24,000 bases of DNA from an uncultured Clostridiaceae bacterium (GTDB lineage Bacteria > Bacillota > Clostridia > Clostridiales > Clostridiaceae), in the NCBI GenBank assembly GCA_963780135.1, contig CAWAAR010000003.1:3709701-3733700 (forward strand). The letters are read 5' to 3'. Shown here piece after piece: positions 18,059 to 24,000 of this stretch. The notes beneath the pieces were generated by a model. That model had not been told where the DNA came from. It did not search any database and was given only the letters and a program-made list of their open reading frames with translations. A program made the translations under genes and the position numbers. Position 1 is the first letter of the stretch; every line of letters begins with the position of its first letter.

Positions 18059-19384
18059 CTAGTTTGGTTCAGAACTATTTGTCTTATCTACATATATTAA
18101 TCCATCATAACATTGATCCAAAATATCAATTTTATAACTTCTATTATCTCCAAGAAAATCAGCACCAAAATCACGACAGCTCTGAGGACTAGATATAAAA
18201 TCCTTAACATATTTATTTTCCCCTGCTGTTTTAAAATCTATAAAAAATAAAGGATTAACTTTAGATAAAACATATGGAACTGATCCTTCTTTTGCTTCGG
18301 GCAAAGTGCATTTCTTAGGAATGCTTGTTTCTTTCTCTTTATTTATGCTTTTATCCACTGCTGTAACAGTACCCTCACTAAACTGAAATCCAATAATATA
18401 TAATTTGTCCTTATACATATCATATAGATTTGAACCCATTCTTTTTACATTATAATCAGGATGGTCTCTATTTTCTAGTTCTTTGCTAACATGTGTATTG
18501 TGCGCCCAAAGCATAATCTTTGCATCCTTACCCTCAAAATCTAATATCCATTTAACATTTTCAGCCATATATTTATCTCTTTTCGTTTCCATTTGAAAGT
18601 TACTTTGCTTTCCACTTAACATATCATAAGCTTGATATATAATGTTTAAATTTTGTTTATACATCTCATATTCTTCTTTAGAAGACTTACTTATATATTC
18701 ATCTTTATTCTTTTCAAATATAGTGATTATTTCTTTAATTTTATCTCCTTTAAGCTGTGTATTATTATCTTGAAACACGTTTGGATTCCTAAACTTTGCA
18801 AGTACATTATCTATTTGACTCTCATAAGTTCCATCCACCTTTTTTAGATATTCTGTAACCTTTGATGCTGCTGTAACAGATGACTGCATATCAAATCCAT
18901 AAAACTTAACTTTTTTAGTATGATTTTTATTATATTCTCTCATCCATTCTACCATATCAACTACTTCCTTTGTATCCCATGTCCAAAATCCCATTCCTTT
19001 AATAACCTGCTTTACATCCCCCTTTCCATATAAAATGTAATCATTAATAGCCATGCAGTCACTCATACATGCTTCTATTCCAAAAACATTATAGCCCTCC
19101 TCTTCTACTAAAAATTCAAACATTCTATGTTTCATTTCAAAAAATTCCTTTGTTCCGTGAGTAGCTTCCCCCATTGCTACAATCTTCTTATCTTTTAATA
19201 TTTTTTTTAAAGGCATTAAATCTTTAAAATCATTTCCTGCCTTTACTGTGTTTATGTATACTGCTTTACCTTTCAAAGCTTGGACATCCTTGTTATCTTT
19301 GTATTTTCTATACTGATTATTCATTGTAAAAACTCCTAAAATCAAAACCAAAGCACAAACTAATATAGTTACTATTTTCTTCAT
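18059..19384 (-). CDS. Erythromycin esterase-like (Ere family) protein, N-terminally membrane-anchored or secreted
   Basis: IVAMGEATHGTKEFFEMKHRMFEFLVEEEGYNVFGIEACMSDCMAINDYI, GMGFWTWDTKEVVDMVEWMREYN, ILWAHNTHVS; N-terminal hydrophobic helix. Confidence 0.88.
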   Translation of the reverse strand: MKKIVTILVCALVLILGVFTMNNQYRKYKDNKDVQALKGKAVYINTVKAGNDFKDLMPLKKILKDKKIVAMGEATHGTKEFFEMKHRMFEFLVEEEGYNVFGIEACMSDCMAINDYILYGKGDVKQVIKGMGFWTWDTKEVVDMVEWMREYNKNHTKKVKFYGFDMQSSVTAASKVTEYLKKVDGTYESQIDNVLAKFRNPNVFQDNNTQLKGDKIKEIITIFEKNKDEYISKSSKEEYEMYKQNLNIIYQAYDMLSGKQSNFQMETKRDKYMAENVKWILDFEGKDAKIMLWAHNTHVSKELENRDHPDYNVKRMGSNLYDMYKDKLYIIGFQFSEGTVTAVDKSINKEKETSIPKKCTLPEAKEGSVPYVLSKVNPLFFIDFKTAGENKYVKDFISSPQSCRDFGADFLGDNRSYKIDILDQCYDGLIYVDKTNSSEPN

Positions 19385-19456
19385 TTAAAGCACTCCCTCA
19401 TATAAATTAATAATTCAAATTTGTTAATTTCAAAATTAATCACAAAATAAGCATAA

Positions 19457-19742
19457 TGCGAAGCATTTTTTTTGAGAGGACAGAGGACAGTGAAGGAGGA
19501 TTTTTCTCCGCTACACTACGAAAAATCTTTAATTTAAAAGAAACTCCTGCTCTTTTGTTTCTCAGGGCTACTCTCTGAGTAAGCGATTATATGAAAATCA
19601 TAGATTTTAGATGCCTTCTTAAGCTATGTTTTGCATTAGCAAAACAAGCCTAAAAAATAAATTAGTTTTCCGACGTAAGGAAGAAAACTTACCTTCACTG
19701 TCCTCTGTCCTATGTCAATTGTCCTCTAAAAAATGCTTCGCA
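19457..19742. mobile_element. Candidate non-autonomous MITE/REPIN-like element, ~286 bp, no ORF
   Basis: Inverted ends: left TGCGAAGCATTTTTTTTGAGAGGACAGAGGACAGTGAAGG; right (reverse complement) TGCGAAGCATTTTTTAGAGGACAATTGACATAGGACAGAGGACAGTGAAGG. Interior carries several hairpins; related solo copy at ~12.07 kb. Confidence 0.7.
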
Positions 19743-19760
19743 ATTTTTTTAAATTCACTA

Positions 19761-20534
19761 TCAATAAGGATAATCTTTTTTCATCCACACACCCATACTT
19801 ATAGCAAGTCCAGCTATTATTCCTAATACAATGGTAATGTGATTACTTAATGGTGCCATGTGTCCTAAAGTATAAAAACAATATTTAGCAGTTCTCCATA
19901 AAAAGTCGAATGCTTTCATAAAGTAGACTAAAATTACAATAGATCCAATTACAGAAAAGATTGAAATTATAGGATTAGGTATTATAACCGAAATAACAGA
20001 TGCTATAGAAAGAATAAATAATGCTACTAAAAACTGTACCATGTAAAACCTTATAATATATAATAAAGCTCCTAAAGAATTAAAGCTTTGCTGTATATTA
20101 TAAAATTTAACAGTTGACACCTTGGGCATAAACAAATATCCAAAAACAGTACTAACTACAAATGTTGTAAATAGTAATATAAGTGTAGTTAAAGCTAAGC
20201 TTATCCATTTTGATATTATAAATTCATACTTTTTATAAGGTCTTGTCATATACATTCTAAAAGCCCCTATGGTTTGTTCATAACTTATTGAATCGATAAA
20301 TATAACAGGTAACACTATGTATAGCAACATTAAATCTACTTCCTGACACACAAAAGGTGAAAAATTTAATGAATTTAGCTTTACGCTATAATCCACTGCA
20401 TTATAAGATCCTGCTGGGCTCATTAATCTAAATACACAATTTATTATTGTAGATATTATAGTTAATGCTAGTAATACACTTGTTTTTTTGTTAAGCCATA
20501 TTCTTTGTAATTCAGATATTATCAGTTTTTTCAT
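19761..20534 (-). CDS. ABC-2 type transporter permease
   Basis: Multiple hydrophobic TM segments; MKKLIISELQRIWLNKKTSVLLAL start at 20534 with GGAGG RBS. Track ORF extends to 20618 into the upstream permease gene. Confidence 0.85.
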   Translation of the reverse strand: MKKLIISELQRIWLNKKTSVLLALTIISTIINCVFRLMSPAGSYNAVDYSVKLNSLNFSPFVCQEVDLMLLYIVLPVIFIDSISYEQTIGAFRMYMTRPYKKYEFIISKWISLALTTLILLFTTFVVSTVFGYLFMPKVSTVKFYNIQQSFNSLGALLYIIRFYMVQFLVALFILSIASVISVIIPNPIISIFSVIGSIVILVYFMKAFDFLWRTAKYCFYTLGHMAPLSNHITIVLGIIAGLAISMGVWMKKDYPY

Positions 20535-20547
20535 GTTAATTCCTCCC

Positions 20548-21360
20548 TTATATATAACAGTCTTGATCATTAAGTAAAGTAAATGCAATTGAAAAAAATA
20601 CTCCAATATATAAAGCAATTATAAATATTATTAATCCTACATCTTGTGGATTTTGTGCAAGCACGCTTAATATACCATGATCTTCAATTGATACTAAAGA
20701 TGGATAATCTATTATTGGACTCATTTTATTTAAGAATAATTCACATATTGTTGGATAAAGTACTGATGTCACTATAAAAGTTAAACTTCCTGCAACTGCA
20801 CCTGTAGTAGTCTTACAATTTATACATATAAACATGATAACTGATGCCACAGCAGTTAATGTTATAAATGCAATAATATAATACTTAAGGTTATATAAAA
20901 TACCTTCACTTACTGTAAAAGAATATCTGTAACTTATAAAATTAGATGTTTTATGTGGGAAATACAAACATCCTAAAACAGTACTTATAACAAAATGAGT
21001 ACTTAAAAATATGAATACGGTACTTAAAATTACCAAAAACTTTGCTTTCATTATGTCTCCAAAGGATACTGCCCTTATCATAATCATTCTTAATTGTCCA
21101 CTTCTATATTCACTAGTTAAGGACATGATTATTAGAAGTATAACCACAATATTAAAAAACATCAAAAGATTTATCCTAAGTACTGCACTTGGGAATTTTA
21201 AAAATGTAATATATTCAGCATTACCAGATGTAAATTTAAGATTTGATTTAAGATAATATTTAACAAACATAAATACTATAATTGGTATTAAACCAAAACA
21301 AGACCAGGTAGACTTTCTATTCCACATTCTCTGCCATTCACTTAAAAATAGTTGTTTCAT
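20548..21360 (-). CDS. ABC-2 type transporter permease
   Basis: MKQLFLSEWQRMWNRKSTWSCFG..., six or so TM segments, paralogous to next gene. Confidence 0.87.
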   Translation of the reverse strand: MKQLFLSEWQRMWNRKSTWSCFGLIPIIVFMFVKYYLKSNLKFTSGNAEYITFLKFPSAVLRINLLMFFNIVVILLIIMSLTSEYRSGQLRMIMIRAVSFGDIMKAKFLVILSTVFIFLSTHFVISTVLGCLYFPHKTSNFISYRYSFTVSEGILYNLKYYIIAFITLTAVASVIMFICINCKTTTGAVAGSLTFIVTSVLYPTICELFLNKMSPIIDYPSLVSIEDHGILSVLAQNPQDVGLIIFIIALYIGVFFSIAFTLLNDQDCYI

Positions 21361-21385
21361 TTATTATTCCTCCCTTTAATTGTCA

Positions 21386-22123
21386 CTAATCTTCAAATAA
21401 CCTGATAAATGCATCCTCTAACCTTCCGCTTTCCCCTGAGCTTTTTAACAATTCTTCCTTGCTCCCCTGCCATATAACCTGTCCCTTATTTATTGCAATA
21501 AACCTATTACACATCTGCTGAAGTTCATCTAAAAGATGACTTGATATAAAAAACGTTATTTTTTTTTCTTCTCTAAGTTTTAAAATAAGTTGTCTTAAAT
21601 CCCTCATTCCCATAGGATCAAGTCCATTAGCTGGCTCATCTAAGATAACTATTTCAGGATTATTTAAAAGTGCTTGAGCAATACCTAATCTTTGTTTCAT
21701 CCCTAGAGAATAAGTTTTAACTTTGTCATCTCCTCTATCTTCTAGATCAACTATTTTTAGTACCTCTTCAACTTTTTCTCTTTGCTCTTCCTTTACCATG
21801 TTAGGATTTAGCATTGCTAAGTTTCTTAAATTTTGTCTACCTGTCATATAGGGGAAAAATATTGGTTCTTCAACAATTGCTCCAAGCTTAATAAGTGCAG
21901 CCTTTCTATCTTCATTAACATTTACTCCTGTTATATTTACTTCACCTTCTGTAGGTGAAATTAAATTTGTTAAAACCCTTATTAATGTGGTTTTTCCTGC
22001 ACCATTAGGTCCTATAAAGCCGCATATATCTCCTTCATAAACATCAAAAGAAATATCTTCTAATATAGTTCTCTTTCCTATTTTTTTAGTAATATTTTTA
22101 ACTTCAATTTTTTTGTTTAACAT
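21386..22123 (-). CDS. ABC transporter ATP-binding protein (BcrA-like)
   Basis: Walker A GPNGAGKTT, signature YSLGMKQRLGIAQALL, Walker B PEIVILDEPANGLDP, H-switch FISSHLL. Confidence 0.95.
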   Translation of the reverse strand: MLNKKIEVKNITKKIGKRTILEDISFDVYEGDICGFIGPNGAGKTTLIRVLTNLISPTEGEVNITGVNVNEDRKAALIKLGAIVEEPIFFPYMTGRQNLRNLAMLNPNMVKEEQREKVEEVLKIVDLEDRGDDKVKTYSLGMKQRLGIAQALLNNPEIVILDEPANGLDPMGMRDLRQLILKLREEKKITFFISSHLLDELQQMCNRFIAINKGQVIWQGSKEELLKSSGESGRLEDAFIRLFED

Positions 22124-22395
22124 CTTAAATGCCTCCTAAATTTTTAATCATTGTTGGAACTTTATGTTTTTCATTACTCTTTATTAATGGAAATCTTTAC
22201 TGCTCCTTAATTTTAATAGGTATTTTTAAAGTTTTTATAAACTTTTCAAAAAATAAAAAGCTTGCATCTTTAAATTAAAAGATACAAACTTAACCATTTA
22301 ACATTCATATTCTAAATTTTTGCAACAACTTCTGCTGACTTGTTTACACTTTTTACTTTGTTACTGTTTTTACACATATATAACAATTTAAGTGG

Positions 22396-23079
22396 CTAAC
22401 TTTCCCACTTATATCCTACTCCCCATACAGTAGAAACATATTCTCTGTCTTTATCGTATTTTTTTAGCTTACATCGTATTTTCTTTACATGTTCGGCTAC
22501 TGTTGCTGAATCTCCTTCTGCATCATAGCCCCATATTTTTTCATATATTTGTTCTTTTGAAAATACTTGTCCACAATTCACTGATAGAAATTCTATTATC
22601 TCAAATTCTTTTTTAGTCAAAACCACAGCTTTTCCCTTACAATACAACGTTCTTCCCTTTAAATCTATATTTAAATCTCCAAAATATAAATTAACTTTGT
22701 TTTCATTATTAAAGCTTCTTTGGTCTCTTCTTAAATGCGCACTTATCCTTGCTTTTAATTGTCTTAAACTAAAAGGCTTAGAAATATAATCATCTCCACC
22801 TGCTCCAAGTCCCCTAATTATATCCTCATCTTCTCCTTTTGCGGTTAAAAAAATAATAGGACAGTCTACTCTATCTCTTATTTCTCTACATATTTCATAT
22901 CCGCTTTTATCTGGCATCATAACATCTAATAATATTAAATCAGGACAAAGCTTTATTCTTTCAACAGCTTCATTGCCGTTATATGCAGTGAAGACTTCAT
23001 AATCTTCATCTTGCAGTGAGTCCTTTAAGAATGAAATTATGTCCTCTTCATCATCTACAATTAATATCTTTTCATTCAA
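22396..23079 (-). CDS. OmpR/PhoB-family response regulator
   Basis: REC (ILIVDDEEDIISFLKDSL..LILLDVMMPDKSGYE..YISKPFSLRQL) + winged helix (VVLTKKEFEIIEFLSVNCGQVFSKEQIYEKIWGYDAEGDSATVAEHVKKIRCKL). Confidence 0.95.
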   Translation of the reverse strand: MNEKILIVDDEEDIISFLKDSLQDEDYEVFTAYNGNEAVERIKLCPDLILLDVMMPDKSGYEICREIRDRVDCPIIFLTAKGEDEDIIRGLGAGGDDYISKPFSLRQLKARISAHLRRDQRSFNNENKVNLYFGDLNIDLKGRTLYCKGKAVVLTKKEFEIIEFLSVNCGQVFSKEQIYEKIWGYDAEGDSATVAEHVKKIRCKLKKYDKDREYVSTVWGVGYKWES

Positions 23080-23118
23080 TATTTATCACATCCAACCTTA
23101 TATAAAATAATCAGTATA

Positions 23119-23703
23119 CTATAGGACAAATAAGTCGTTGTTTTTGTCAGAATTCCAAACATATTCAATACTTTCAGCAATATCCGTTGCTTTTTTAAAA
23201 CCAATTCTATCTGCTACAAAGCCTAAAGCCATATCTATACCTGCTGATATACCAGAGGAAGTATAAAACTTACCATCTGCTACCCATCTAGCACGATTTA
23301 TCCACTGAACATTAGGATTCATAGATTTTACCCATTCAAAAGCTCTCTTATTTGAAGTTGCCTTTAGACCATTTAATAGATTTGTTTTAGCAAGTAATGC
23401 AGAGCCTGTACATACAGTAAGACAATATTTTGACTGAGTAGCAATTGTAGTTAGCTTTTCAATAAAATCACTATCATTAACCAAAGGCCTTGTGCCTTGT
23501 CCACCTGGAACAAATATTATACCTGAAAAATCAGCATCTTTTAGTGGTTCAGTTATAATTTGTGTACCTTGTTTGCTTAAAATAATACCGCCATCTACAG
23601 AAAAGTAACGTAGATTGTATTCTTCAACTTGACCCAGTATTTCAACTGCACCAAATGTATCCAATGTTTCAAAATCAGAAAATAATAAAATATTTACATC
23701 CAT
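23119..23703 (-). CDS. DJ-1/PfpI (class I glutamine amidotransferase-like) family protein
   Basis: MDVNILLFSDFETLDTFGAVEILG; GIIFVPGGQGTR; YCLTVCTGSALLAKTNLLNGLKAT; SSGISAGIDMALGFV. Confidence 0.9.
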   Translation of the reverse strand: MDVNILLFSDFETLDTFGAVEILGQVEEYNLRYFSVDGGIILSKQGTQIITEPLKDADFSGIIFVPGGQGTRPLVNDSDFIEKLTTIATQSKYCLTVCTGSALLAKTNLLNGLKATSNKRAFEWVKSMNPNVQWINRARWVADGKFYTSSGISAGIDMALGFVADRIGFKKATDIAESIEYVWNSDKNNDLFVL

Positions 23704-24000
23704 AAAATATCTTCCCTTCTTTTCTTAAATAAAATAAAATTCATTACAACTCATTTTATCATAACACAGAATCACATCAATTTCTTAACGTGCAAACAAT
23801 GGATACATTTTCTTAACTTCTAAAAGTGTATATATTGTATATATTATAGTAACACCGTCTTATTTCTAGTCCTTAACCATTCTAAAATATATTGGAATCT
23901 TCTCTGGTTTTTCAACATGTATAAATCAAATAATGTTTTAAGCGAAAGAAAATAATTTTAAACAAATTTAAACGGCATCAGTCCTATAGAGTTAAAGACT

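Noticed and set aside
23704-24000. Possible degraded transposase or other coding remnant at the right edge
   Set aside because: Minus-strand fragments (VFNSIGLMPFKFV*, MLKNQRRFQYILEWLRTRNKTVLL*) faintly suggest a remnant, but frames are short, broken and truncated by the window; insufficient support.
1-24000. CRISPR arrays, rRNA/tRNA genes, prophage or restriction/defence genes
   Set aside because: No regularly spaced repeats, tRNA-like cloverleaf or defence/phage proteins were recognised anywhere in the window.

Overview
This AT-rich window looks like clostridial (low-GC Firmicute) chromosome and is dominated by signal transduction genes. The left half (about 1-13.3 kb) is mostly minus strand. 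It contains a partial EAL/HDOD protein, a PAS-GGDEF cyclase, a soluble PocR-type chemoreceptor and a membrane chemoreceptor, an AraC-type response regulator, and a compact stressosome operon: PAS-RsbR, RsbS, RsbT, RsbX-like phosphatase, giant hybrid kinase, REC-histidine kinase. A REC-HD-GYP c-di-GMP phosphodiesterase is encoded divergently. The hybrid kinase appears to carry a degenerate RsbT-like domain at its N terminus, which suggests a direct stressosome-to-phosphorelay/c-di-GMP output instead of a sigma-B output. The middle holds a tautomerase, a DUF2167-like membrane protein with a repetitive tail, and an AlkD-like protein. The right half holds a two-component system whose regulator and kinase genes are separated by a BcrA-type ABC transporter and a membrane-anchored erythromycin-esterase-like protein. 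A roughly 286 bp MITE/REPIN-like element sits in the middle of that locus. Its terminal inverted repeats contain variable numbers of a 7-nt unit, and a related solo copy lies in the stressosome/HD-GYP divergent intergenic region. All assignments are by eye; no database search was run.
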